This document shows, piece by piece, positions 11,712-24,596 of a stretch of DNA of 64,000 bases. Each line of letters opens with the position of its first letter. Position 1 is the stretch's first letter. The notes below the pieces were generated by a model. It saw only the letters and a program-made list of their open reading frames with translations. It ran no database searches and was not told the DNA's origin. Both the position numbers and the translations under genes were made by a program. The DNA is from Hypanus sabinus. Lineage: Eukaryota. The stretch is taken from contig NC_082711.1 in NCBI RefSeq assembly GCF_030144855.1, positions 149,048,001 to 149,112,000 on the forward strand. The letters are read 5' to 3'.

Positions 11712-13635
11712 TCATAGAATCACAGAGTCAGAAACAGGCCCTTTTGCCATACTAGCCTGTGCTGAACCATAATAATCTCGGAAAAATTAACTGAATCAGT
11801 AATAGAATCGTAGAACACCATAGACAAGCACTGGTCCTTCAGCCCATCTAGCCTATACCAAACTATTATTCTGCCTAGTCCCATTGACCTATATCCCCAC
11901 AGCCCTCCATACACCTCTCATCCATAAACCTATCTAGATTTCTTTTAGCTGTTTAAATCAACCCTGCATGCACCATTTGCACTGGCAGCTCATTCCACAA
12001 TCTCACCACCCTCAGAGTGAAAAAGTTCTCCCTCATGTTCCCCTTAAACATTTCACCTTTTACTCTCAACCCATGACCTCCAGTTGTAGTCTCACCTAAC
12101 ACGTTCTCAAGTTCTGGCAACATCCTTGTAAATTTTCTTTGTGTTCTTTCAACTTTATTTACATCTTTCCTGTAGTTGGGTAACCAAAACTGCACACAAT
12201 ACTCTAAATTATGCCTCACCAATGTCTTATACAATTTCAATATAACATCCCAAATCCTGTACTCAATACATTGATTTATGAAGCCCAATGTGCCAAAAGT
12301 ATTCTTTACAACCTTATCTACCTGTCACAGCACTTTCAAGGAATTATGGATCTATATTCCCAGATCCCTCTGTTCTACCACACTCTTCAGTGCCCTATTG
12401 CTCACCATGTAAGACCTACCCTGGTTGATCCACCCAAAGTGCAAAACCCCACACATGTCTGCATCAAATTACATCTGTCATTTTATTGCCCATTTTTCCA
12501 GCTGGTCCATAGCCCACTGCAAGCTTCGATGGCCTCCCACGTTGTCCACTACATCCCCAATCTTGGTGTCATCCACAAATTTGCACATCCAGCTTACCAC
12601 ATTATCATCCATATCGTTGATACAGATGAAAAACAACAATGGACCTAGCACTGATCCCTGCAGCATACATATAGTCCAAGCTTCCTGTCAGAGAGGCAAA
12701 CATCTGCAAGCCATTTCCTAGCTTCTTCTGCAAAGCAGAATTTACTACTTCATCTTGAATGTCAAGTGACTGAACCTTTTTGACCAGACTCCCATGCAGG
12801 ACCTAGTCAAAGGCCTTGCTAAAGTCCAAATTGACAACATCCACTGCCTTGCCTTCAAGCAAAAAACTCCAAGATTGGTTAGACATGCACAAAATCATAT
12901 TCATTTTGCCTAATCAGCCCCTGTCTATCTAAATACTTAGCTCGATCCTATCCCTTAGAATGCCTTCCAATAAGGTTCCCACTACTTATGTCAATCTCAC
13001 CGGCCTGTAATTTCCTGGCTTATTCTTAAAGCCTTTCTTAAACAACAGAAAAACATTAGCTTTTCCTCCAATTCTCCAGCATCTCACCCTGGCCAAGGAT
13101 GTTTTAAATATCTCTGATAGGGTCCCTGCAACTTCTGCATCAGCTTCTCACTGGGTCCAAAGGAGCACCTTGTCACGCCCTAGGGATTTATCCACCCTAA
13201 TTTTTCTCAGTATTCTATGCAGGGTCCATGACTTGCTGTTGCATTGCTTCACATCTAGAGATTCTATGTTCATCTCCCGAGTAAATAAAGTTAAAATTTC
13301 CCCTCCTCTCTCGAGACTCCCCACATTATTCCCAGTCTGATTTTCCAGAGAACCAATTTTGTCCCTTGCTATCCTTCTGCTCCTGCAATACAAGACCATA
13401 AGATATAGGAGCAGAAGTAGGCCATTCAGTCAATCGAGTCTGCTGCCATTCAATCATGGCTGTTCTAATTCTTCCAGTCATCCCCTCTCCCCTGCCTTCT
13501 CCCCATATCCTTTGATGACCTGGCTAATTAAGAACATATCTATCTCTGAAAGCCTTTAGGATTCCCCCTCACCTTGTCTGCTAGAGCAACCTCATGTCTT
13601 CTTTTAGCCCTCCTGATGTCTTCCTTAAGTTTGCA
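11712..13635 (-). mobile_element. CR1 LINE RT and 3' UTR, with a short second CR1 3' end inserted at about 13390-13550
   Basis: [36 protein letters not shown]. Confidence 0.92.
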
Positions 13636-15568
13636 AAGTTAAGTTTGCAAAGGTGTTGGTAATTGATTATGATATGGCCACAGAGGGACTGAGATGATGG
13701 AGGTTTTGAATGACAACAAAAATAGCAACAAGTTGATGTAGTGCTTTTAATAGCAGAAAATTCCAAGACACTTCATAGGAAAGTATTAAACTTTAAACTA
13801 GATGCTGAGTGACATATTGAGACTTTGGACATGCACTCTACTCATTCCCCACGAAAAGGAAAAAATCCATCTTTGCAGTGGCTCTGCTGTTATTAGTGTA
13901 CCATTCCTTAGGTCTATAAAATATATGCATGAAAGTAAACTATGGTGGCCATGAGTCTTACTGGTATTCTCTATAGGTTGTAATAGATAGAAATCATATA
14001 ACAATTAAAATTAATAAAATGGCCAGATTCAATAGGAAGAATTTGTACAATAATTCTGGAAAATTCTTAACCGAACAGACTATTGGCAAAAGCTTTTTTA
14101 GCACAGTCACTTCAGTTTTCACTGATAGAAACATAGAAATCTTACAGCATAATACAGGCCCTTCGGCCCACAATGCTGTGCTGAACATGTACCTACTTTA
14201 GAAATTACCGAAGGTTACCCCTAGCCCTCTATTTTTCTTAGTTCCATATACCTTTCCAGGAGACTCTTAAAAGACCATAACATATCTGCCTCCACCACCA
14301 TCGCCGGCAGCCCATTCCATGCACTTGCCACTCTCTGCGTAAGAACTTAGCTGACATCTCCTCTGTACCTACGTCCAAGCACCTTAAAACTGTGTCTTCT
14401 CATGTTAGCCATTTCAGTCCTGGGAAAAAGCCTTTGATTATCTACACGATTAACGCCTCTCATCATCTTATACACCTCTATCAGGTCACCTCTCATTCTC
14501 CACTGCTCCAAGGAGAAAAGGCCGAGTTCACTCAAAGTATTCTCATAAGACATGCTCCCCAATCCAGGCAATATCCTTGTTTATCTCCTCTGCATCCTTT
14601 CTATAGTTTCCACATCCTTCCTGTAGTAAGGTGACCAGAACTGAACACAGAACTCCAAGTGGGGTTGACCAGGGTCCAATGTAGCTGCAACATTACCTCT
14701 CGGCTCTTAAATTCAATCCCACGATTGATGAAGGCCAATGCACCGTATGCCTCCTTAACCACAGAGTCAACCTGCGCAGCAGCTTTGAGTGTCCTGTGGA
14801 CTCAGACCCCAAGATCCCTCTGATCCTCCACGCTGCCAAGAGTCTTACCATTAATACTATATTCTGCCATCATACTTGACCTACCAAAATGAACCACCTC
14901 ACACATACCTACGTTGAACTCCATCAGCCACTTCTCAGCCCAGTTTTGCATCCTATTGATGTCCCGCTGTAACTTCCGACAGCCCTCCACATTATCCACA
15001 ACACCCCCAACCTTTGTGTCATCAGTAAATTTACGAACTCATCCCTCCACTTCCTCATCCAGGTTATTTATAAAAATCATGAAGAGAAGGGGTCCCAGAA
15101 CAGATCTTTGAGGCACTCCACTAGTCACCAACCTCCATCCAGAATATGACCCATCTACAACCACTCTTTGCCTTCTGTGAACAAGCCAGTTCTGGATCCA
15201 CAGAACCCCAAACAAATATCCCTGAACATTTGCCACATTTCTGCTGTATATTTCCCTGAGAACATCTGTTCCCAATGTATGCTTCCAAGTTCCTGCCTGA
15301 TAATTTCATATTTCCCCTTACTCCAATTAAACATTTTCCTAACTTGTCTGTTCCTATCCCTCTCCAATGCCAAGTTAAAGGAGATAGAATTGTGATCACT
15401 GTCTCCAAAATGCTCTCCCAGTGAGAGACCTGACACCTGACCAGGTTCATTTCCCAATACCAGATCAAGTATAGCCTCTGCTCTTGTAGGCTTATATACA
15501 TATTTTGTCAGGAAACCTTCCTGACACACCTAGCAAGCTCCATCCCATCTAAACCTGGTGCTCTAGGG

Positions 15569-16290
15569 CAGGGGTTGGCAACCCGTGGCTCTTTCATCTC
15601 TGTGCTGCGGCTCCCCGTGGTTTGTTAGTTTTTGAAATGTAATTCGAAATTTGAAGATTATGGTGATCTTGTACAATCTAAATAAAATGTTGTGGCGACC
15701 CCCTTTCCTGGCACATCTGAACTGGCTCACAATTAGCCACCGTTCCGGCTAAGGGAGATAGCCTACAGGGGTTTGTGAGTATGTGTCTTTTGGAGCATCC
15801 GCACCCATGGGGGGGCAGGTTGAGGGAGGCTTTAAAGTAAGGCTGTTTAGTTTGAATAGTTATCTTTGACTGCAGTGTTGCTATTTTAGTGCTGCGTGTA
15901 GCACACCGCTACAACGTATTTTTTTATCGCTATTAATATACGTCACCACTGCCAATGCCTGACACCCGCCAGTGCGCGATTTCTTTTAATTTTTCGATCC
16001 AAGGTAGGCTAACTATGGAGTAACCTTCAACCCAACGTCTTTTTTTCGGAGTTCAAAATGTTTTTGTTGCATGCAGAAATGTAATTTCGTTTTCTCTGCA
16101 AGAGTTCATCAATTTCATAAATGCAACACATTATAGTTTGTTTATACATAGCATAAAGGCAAAAAAAACCCGTTGTATGCAGTGTTATTTCATTTTAAAT
16201 GTCAAATGGGTTTTGTGGCTCCCAGTGTTTTCTTTTCTGTGAGAAATGGGTCCATATGGCTCTTTCAGTGGTAAAGGTTGCCGACCCCTG
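15569..16290. mobile_element. Non-autonomous hAT (Charlie-like) transposon
   Basis: TIRs caggggttggcaacc / ggttgccgacccctg; perfect 8-bp TSD CTCTAGGG (15561-68, 16291-98). Confidence 0.95.
15691..15913 (+). mobile_element. Gypsy solo LTR inside the hAT element
   Basis: TG...CA ends, alignable to the LTRs at 39934 and 41294; 4-bp TSD ATGT/ACGT. Confidence 0.92.
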
Positions 16291-18235
16291 CTCTAGGGAG
16301 ATGCCAATAAATATTTGGGAAATTATAATCGCCCACCACGACAACCCTGTTATTATTACACCTTTCCAAAGACTGTCTCCCTATCTGCTCCTCGATATCC
16401 CTGTTACTATTGGGTGTTCTGTAAAAAAGCACCCAGTAGAGTTAATGACCCCTTCCTGTTTCTAACTTCCACCCACAGAGCCTCTGTAGACAATCCTTCC
16501 ATGACTTCCCCCTTTACAGCAGCCATGACACTATCTTTGATCAGCAGTGCCATGCCCCCACCTCTTTTGCCTTCCTCCCTGTGCTTTCTGAAACATTTAA
16601 AGCCTGGCACTCAAAGTAACCATTCCTGCCCCTGAGCCATCCAAGTCTCTGTAATGGCCACAACATCATAGCACCAAGCACTGAACCATGCTCTAAGCTC
16701 ATCCACTTTGTTCATGATGTTTCTTGCATTAAAATAGACACATTTCAAACCATTGGTCTGAGCGTATCCGTTCTCTATCACCTGCCTATCCTCCCTCTCA
16801 CACTGTCTCCCAAGATTCTCTATTTGTGAGCCAACAGCCTTTTCCTCCGTCTCTTCAGTTTGGTTCCCACCCCACCAGCAATTCTCATTTAAACTCTCCC
16901 TAGTAGCCTTAGCAAATCTCCCTGCCAAGACATTGGTCTCCCTCGGATTCAAGTGCAACCCGTTTTTGTACAGGATCATGCCCGCCCCAAAAGAGGTCCC
17001 AGTGATCCAGAAATCTGAGTTGCTGCCCCCTGCTCCAATCCCTCAGCCATACACTTATCCTCCACCTCACTCAATTTCTATACTCACTATCGTGTGGTAC
17101 AGGCAGTAATCCTGAGATGACTACCTTTGTGGTCCTGATTCTCAACTTCCCTCCTAACTCGCTGTAGTCTGTTTTCAGGACCTCCTCTGTTTTCCTATCT
17201 ATATCATTGGTACCAATATGTATCACGACCTCTGCCTGTTCACCTTCCCATTTCAGGATATCGTAGATGTGATCAGAAGCATCCCAGAACCTGGCACCAG
17301 GGAAACAAACTAGCATCTGTGTTTCTTTCCTGCATGCACAGAATTGCCTGTCTGACGCCCTAACTATAGAGTCCCCTATTATTGCTGCTTCTTCCTTTCC
17401 CTCCCCTTCTGAGCCACAGAGCCAGACTCAGTGCCAGAGGTGTCCCCCCAGCACCCCCCCAACAGTACTCAAACAGGAGTACTTACTGTTAAGGGGGACA
17501 GCCAGAGGGGTGCTCTCTAGTATCTGACTCTTGCCCTTCCCTCTCCTGACTGTTACCCACTTTATCTGTCTCCCGAGATCCCAGTGTGACTACTTGCCTA
17601 TAGCTCCTCTCTATCACCTCCTCACTTTCCCTGACCAGACAAAGGTTATCGAGCTGCATCTCCAGCTCCCTAACACGGTCTCTAAGGAGCTGCAGCTAGA
17701 CGCACCTGGCGCAGATGTGGCCATCTGGTAGGCTGGGAGTCTCCCGGACTTCCCACATCCGACTCCCAGTACAGAACACCGGCCTCACAGTCATACTTTC
17801 TGTTTCTATTCTTCACAGGTAACCTATCTTGCTTCCAACTGTTATTGCCAAACCCCTCTGTTCTATAAAGCTGCCTCCTTTTAAACTCTTTGCGCTGGTC
17901 TAACTCGCTGATGTCCATGCGCTTGTGCAGTTGTCTCTCGATCAAAATTTTTGTTGTAATAAATTTAAGTTTTCTTCAACAATATGTGCTGTATAAAACA
18001 ATTGAGATGTTTGAATTTAAACAGCATTTAAGGTGTAAAAAAGAATCTGATTGCACCTAGAAATTTTGCATGTAGCAAATTACACACAATATTGCCCAGG
18101 GCAAAAAAGTAATTCTCCTATTAATGAAATGGCCTTTCAATTACAGGAATATGTATTGTTGTTTTCCAAGTGGCTGTTATTTATTAAATGAGTGAACATA
18201 TATGTTTTGAAATCCATTGGTGTCTGTGTGTCTTA

Positions 18236-19049
18236 TGTTATGAATATACCACAGCTCTGAGGGGCTGAAGGGTGCGGGGTAGCCCCCTCCTTTGTGAGAA
18301 TCGCAAGATCACTATTGATTTGGGTCAGGAGACCCAGGAAATGAGAGAGAGACGTGCGGAATGTCTTGTCCCCCCCGGCGAAATAAAGCTACGGGAAACG
18401 GCCATTGTCTCTTGGAGACGGACTTGTGTATTACAATACTGTGCTACGTGGAAGCCCTCAGGCAAAGTGGGCTGGTTGAGGGAGGGATTGCATCACCCCC
18501 AACCTGATTGACATCTGAGACACTGTGAGTCAGGATAAAAGAGGGTCTGTGGGAACAGCCCCTTCAGACGCACCAGAAGAAACACTAGTGATCCCGTAAT
18601 AGCGGAAGCCGGTGGGGAGGCCACGTGCGTTCGGTTCCATTTGTCCCAGAACTGGTGCGCTTTACCACGGAAAAACGGCTTTTAGCTAACAACGGGGAAA
18701 CCAACTCCCAACGACTCGAGGGATTGGCATCATAAAAGGACTGGGCAAGTTTAACCCGTCTTTCTCTCAAACACAAAACGCTGCAGCTTGATCAAACTAA
18801 CAGTGACTTTTATATTTCCATTGGTCAATACATTATCCCCTAGACAATGATAGAGCTATTTCTTATTGATTATTATTATTATACACACACTTTTAGAATT
18901 AGTATTGACGACGTATATTATCTGTATGTTTGCATTGATCTTATTTTAGTGTATCTTTATCAATAAATACTGTTAAAAATAATACCATCAGACTTCAATG
19001 GACCTCTCTATCTTTGCTGGTAAGTGACCCAGTTACGGGGTTCATAACA
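18236..19049 (+). mobile_element. Solo LTR (814 bp)
   Basis: Perfect 9-bp terminal IR tgttatgaa/ttcataaca, TATA-like GATAAAAG at about 18534, AATAAA at about 18962. No matching TSD. Confidence 0.8.
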
Positions 19050-19659
19050 CATCAGATAAAATACAATTAAAGCAAACTGGAATTAATATAATTTTTCACC
19101 CTATTTTAAGTTTCTGTTATCAAAGGTTATTTTCCAGCTGATAAGGTTAGTGACTGATTCGCTGAACTTGCTGACACTCCATTTTTATTTGCAGCTGACG
19201 ACCATTCTGTTTCTGTTCTTGGGGAACATTCCTCATCTTCATTTGCCATGCCCGATTCACTCTGGAAATTAAACATCAGCTATCAGCAGGAATTAAGTCC
19301 TTCAGCATATGCCCTGAACCTCTTCACGAATACACTTTCTTTGCAAACATGCAATTACTTTACCGCAGTTGAGCAACATATCAGAAGACTTTCATGTTTG
19401 CTTTCATATGGAAGCTATTTGGGATCAAGCTGAGAAACTTGGCACGGAATATAATAGTTATCATTGGCATCCATCCCTCAGGGAATAGAAGCAGTTCCTC
19501 ACAAACTTAAAACATAGATAAACTAGGCTCCCTTGTTACAATATCGATTTTTAACTGGCTGCCACACATGCATTTTGTCCAAGTGAATCCTAGTACTAAT
19601 CAAGCTACAATGTCTCACTCCGTTGTATTTGCTCCTCTACCTTATACTCCTCTTTTCAG

Positions 19660-19735
19660 TTAATGCTCCACGCTGGCTTGGCCGTCAAGAAGAGTTGTTG
19701 GATTTGGGGGACATCTTGATCAGGAAAATGACCTG
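19660..19735 (+). other. Candidate 76-nt internal exon of an unidentified host transcript
   Basis: Long pyrimidine tract ending cttttcAG, upstream TACTAAT, donor CTG|GTAAAT. One open frame: NAPRWLGRQEELLDLGDILIRKMT. Confidence 0.28.
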
Positions 19736-22368
19736 GTAAATGATTGTCTCTTCCCCATCTTTCCCCCAATTAACCAAATGAATATAGGTCCTCCACCCAG
19801 GCATTCAAAGAAAAAAACAGATAAATGTTGCTGTATTTAATATTTCTGTAGTATTTGATAGTATTGTAACTATATTGTTTGTTTAAATAATTCATTATGG
19901 GTTATATGTAAAAGTACATGATGGCATATATATCACGCCACCATGTCATGTGTGTGCCTCACTAAAATAAAAACAAAGCCCTTGAGTTATCCCCAGCTCC
20001 ATGTTTTTCCTTTGATTAATTTCTGGAGTTACAAAACATAACTGTGGTGACTAGTAATTTTAAAACAAACCCAAGATGACGCCCTACTAGTTGAAGCGTG
20101 GAGTTTTAAAAAGAAAAGTGTAGCATGCTTTCCTTGCAAGAGGAGAGAAATAGCCAAATTTTTATAAAATGCAGCATGCTTTTCTTTTACTTAGAAAGGG
20201 ACAGAGACAGTCAAGTTAAAAAAAAAGGCAAAAAACAGAAAAAATTCACAAGTTCAAAAACAATGAGTGATAGTAATCATAAATATTAAAAAAGCAGAAA
20301 TTTTAAATAGACAGATTTGACTGCCCAAAAGATAACTGGGTGATGTATACTGAGTGAATTGAGCAACATTTTAAAGCAAATGGACTAGCCGATGAGAAAC
20401 ACTCAGTTTTGCTGAGTGTAATAGGTAGAAGAGCATTGAGTTTACTTGGAAGTTTAACAGCTTCAACCAAACCAGCTGAGATAAGCTTTGCTGATATTGT
20501 GAATGATATCAGGAACATTTCAAATCAAAACTATTGTTGATTGCAGAACATTATGGGTTTCACACACACAATCAAAAGGAAGGGGATCCCACTTCAGCTT
20601 ATGTGGCTGAAATGAAGCAATTGTCTGAGCATTGTCAGTTCAGTGATGGGCTTAATGAAGCGCTGAGAGAAAGTATTCAAAAAAATGACTGAAGCACAAA
20701 GTACATTTAAAAGAGCAGTTGAAGTTGTTGTATCAATAAAAACTGTAGTCAGAGATGCAATTGAGGTGCAGCTAGGAATGAAAGAGAGCATGAACTAAAT
20801 TGCAACGTCTAAGGAGAATCCTGCCTAGCTGAATAAATGGTGTTACTATGTGGGAGGGAGTTTACCAACATTATTGATCATCAACCACTAGTGTCCAATT
20901 TCAGTCTACAGAAGGGTGTTCCATTAATAGCAGCATTTCAAATGCAGAGATGGGCTCTATTTCTTGGAGGACACAATTACAAGATCAAACTTAAGAGGAC
21001 ACCTAATTAGGAAAACACTGATGGATTGTCTCATTTACCATCAAAGAAGGAAATACTGGAAAAATTTACCAAAAAAGTCACTCCTCTTGATGTATTCTCC
21101 CTAATGCAAATGAAGGCTCTACCTATTCTAGCAGAGATGATACAAAGGGAAATTAGAAAAGGCCCTACGTGTTTCAGGTCTACATGGCAACTAAAAATGG
21201 CAAAATGTACAACAGAAGTTCCAACCCCCCGATTTCTACTTGTGCTGGGATGAACTTGCCATTAACAGGGAGTTACCTTATATGGGGATTATGAGTTGTT
21301 GTACCATTCAAGCTCAGAGTGAAATTTTTAGAGGAGCAACATACTGGTCATCAAGTGAAAGCATTGGCTTGAAGCTTTGTCTGGTGATCTGGGATAGATC
21401 AAGAGATCGAGCATGCACTGTTCAGGATACCAACACATCCAAAAGATGTCAAGAATAGCGCTCCTCCATTCCCGGGGAATGGCCTGCATTGCCCTGGCAG
21501 AGGATTCGTGTAGCTTTTGCTAGATCATTCATGGGCACAAATTTCTTGGTAAATGTGGATGCTATTATAAAGTGGCCAGAAGTGTTCCCAATAACTTCCA
21601 CTACAGCCTCACACACTGTTGGCATGTTGAGAAGTCTTTTTTCAAGGTTTGATGTTCCAGGCCATGACAGTGGACCACAGTGTGTTGCAGAGCAGTTTCA
21701 CTTATTCCTAGAAATGAATGGAATAAGATATAGTACGTCTCCTCCAGAGTACCCAGCTATAAATGACTTGGCAGAAATGTTTGCCGAGAGTCTAAAGAAT
21801 GCAATGTCAGCAGAACACACTACACTGAATCAGCTCACCAATTTCCTCTGTGCAAATCTCAGTGCAGCACACTTCACAATCAACAACTGTTCCTGAGTTA
21901 TCCCTTGCACTCACACTTGGATCTCCTCAAACACAATCTCAGACGGAGTATGCAGGACAAATAGCTGACTGAAATTGAGGGCTCCTCAAACAAGGAGGTT
22001 TAATGTTTCACTGCTGGACAAGCAGTCCTGGTGAGGGACTACAGGGATGATCAAAAGTAGGTAATTAGAAGGATAAAGGTCAGTAGTGGCCCACCCTCCT
22101 TCATTGCATCTAATGTCATCTGGAGACAACACATTGATCAGTTGAGGAGAGGAGACTCAATTGTATGAGAAGTAAGGTCAAAGTTTAAAGTAAATTTATT
22201 ATCAAACTACATATAGATCATGACATACAATCCTGAGATTCATTTTTGTGGGCATACTCAATAAATCCATAATAGAATTATGACTATAATAAAATCAATG
22301 AAAGACTGCACCAAATGGCTGTTCAACCAGAATGCAAAAGACAACAAACTGTGCAATACAAAAAGAAA

Positions 22369-22371
<3 letters not shown>

Positions 22372-22409
<38 letters not shown>
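22372..22409. repeat. (AAT)n microsatellite
   Basis: About 12 perfect AAT units inside the Rex1 3' UTR. Confidence 0.95.
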
Positions 22410-22410
<1 letters not shown>

Positions 22411-23089
22411 CAAATAAGCAAAAAAGTATCAAGAATTTAAGATGAAGAGTCATTGAAAATAAATCCCTAAGTTATGGGCACATTTCAGTGATGGGACAAA
22501 TGGAGTTAAGTGAAGTTACCTCCTTTGGTTCAAGAGCCTGATGGTTGAGGGGTGATAACTGTTCCTGAATGTGGTGACGTGATTCCTGAAGCTCCTGCAC
22601 CTTCTTCCTGATGGCAGTAGTGAAAAGAGAGCATGACCTAGGTGGTGGGAGTCCCTGATGATGGATGCTGCTTTCCTGCAACAATGCTCCATGTAGATGT
22701 GCACAATATTGGGGAAGGCTTTGCCCATGATGGACTGGGCAGTATTCACTAGTTTTTACAGGATTTTCTGTTCAAAGGCATTAGTGTTTCCATACCAGGC
22801 TGTAACGTAGCCAGTCAATGTATGCTCCACCACTGATCTATAGAAGTTTGTCAGTGTTTTAGATGGCATGTCAAATCTTCGCAAACTCTTAAGGAAGTAG
22901 TGGTGCACTGTGCATTTGTCCTAATTGTAATTACGTGCTAGGCCCAGACAGATCCTGTCAAATGATAACACTGATGAATTTAAAGCTGCCATCACACTCA
23001 CCTTTGAGTCTCCAATGAGGACTGGCTCATGGATTTCCCGTTTCCTCCTCCTGAAGTCAATAATCAACTCCTTGGTCTTGCTGACATCA

Positions 23090-23630
23090 TGTCCTCTGGA
23101 GGGCGATGCTTATTCTGTTCAAAAGCGGCTTCCATCATGCTGACTAGTTCATTAAATGTTTGCGATGCTCTTTTCCCATTGGTTGACTTATGGGTATAAC
23201 AGAGCCGTCTCTGGTTCTGGGCACCCTGGGGGTATAAAAGATAGCACATGCAGAGGGTTTGCCCTCTTTTTCTCTTGTCACCCATGGGGCATGAGTTCAG
23301 GTAGGATTTGCGACCAGTCCTGAAGAACCACTGAGAAAGAGCATTGCAGACATGGACGGGACTGCTGCACTTTGTTTAGTTGAGTATTCGTTCATAGCAT
23401 GCTTACTTCTTGGGTTTTTAAATTAGGAAGGTTTAGCAGAGTATCCATTCATTTAAAGAGTAGCTGAATGTACGGTGTATTGGCTTTGGGTAGGTTAGAT
23501 AAACACTTGCTTAGCAAGATGCCTGATTTAGCATTTTACTGTTCATTTCTTAGATACCTAATGTACCCAATTTTAAATCTGTGTGTCCTGTTTCATTCAA
23601 TGGATCTTCAAATTGCACTCCCACATTACA
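23090..23630 (+). mobile_element. Solo LTR nested in Rex1
   Basis: TGT...ACA ends, TATAAAAG at about 23235, interrupts the Rex1 RT sequence; imperfect 5-bp flanks CATCA/CATTG. Confidence 0.7.
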
Positions 23631-24029
23631 CATTGTTATCAGCCGGATTTTCAGTCTCCCTCCTATATGCTGATTCATTACCACCTTTGACTCAGCTTAA
23701 GGCAGTATTGTCCTCAGCAAAGGTGAATATGTCATTGGAGCTGTGCTTTGCCACTCAGTTATAAGTGTAAAACAAGTAGAGCAGGGTCTAAGCACACTGT
23801 CTTGTGGTGCTCCTGTGCTGATGGTGATGATGGAAGAGATGTCACCAATCTGAACCGACTGGGGTCTGCAAGTGAGGAAATTAAGGATCTAATTGCACAA
23901 GGAGGTATTGAGACCAAGGTCTTGAAGCTTGGTGTCCAGAGCTGTCAGGACCACTTTCTGCAGTCCCAGAGTCAACTCCTACTATATAAAACACAGTATA
24001 CTATATCATACAATACACACTGTTTATAT

Positions 24030-24596
24030 AAATGACTCCTTAAAGTTGCTATAGCCAGGGGTGTTAATGGGGACACTGTCCAACTGCCTATTAAATGCTC
24101 CCAATGACATGTGCTTCAAATACTCTCTGACAACCAAGTCCAGCTCTTGGCCTTCACATGCGGCTTAGCTGCTGAGCCTGGCAGAACCGTTTTGACTGAC
24201 AGGAGAACCGGTGAGGGTGGGTTACTGGCTCCCTAAAACCGATCCTTTCCGACAGATGGGGCTTGTCAGCCGCTCACTGAAAAGGAAAGCTCTGATCTTA
24301 AACCTTCGCTGCCATGTGGCTATGCCCACACATTGGGAAGTTGGGAAGACTTTGGGAGTAAACTCCAAGGCAAAAATCCAGAGCTGGAGACCTAAGGCAG
24401 TCCTTTGTTGAATTCAACACCGACTGGTAACTCCTGCTGCCAAACTGTATCACTCTTTGCCATTCCTTTTGGGTTCATCAGATGTATGGGGCGGGGGAGC
24501 TTGCTAGCTGGGTAACAGCTTGCTCTCCATATTGTAATGCCCTAGCTTGTGAATCTAGACAAACATCCATAGTGAGCCTGACCAATGGAGTCCTCA
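24030..24596 (+). mobile_element. Putative RTE-related non-autonomous retroelement
   Basis: Discrete GC-richer insert in the Gypsy 3' region with RTE-5'UTR-like gaaaaggaaagctctgatcttaaacc. Family assignment is inferred. Confidence 0.4.

Larger units (their letters stand above)
14125..17945 (-). mobile_element. CR1 LINE with 5' UTR, ORF1 (zinc finger plus SGNH esterase), endonuclease, internal deletion at about 15200, RT and 3' UTR
   Basis: ORF1 motifs IGDSIVR, CFPGA, VIHIGTND; EN motifs YFNARNI, YDVVAITETW, GDSDHN; RT motif [14 protein letters not shown]; (TTTCTATG) tail. Confidence 0.95.
22178..23931 (-). mobile_element. Rex1/Babar LINE 3' portion nested in the Gypsy element
   Basis: RKAASIIRDSHHLGHALFSLLPSGRR..FRNSYHPSTIRLLN and SKTKELIIDF motifs, plus 3' tail. 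Confidence 0.92.
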
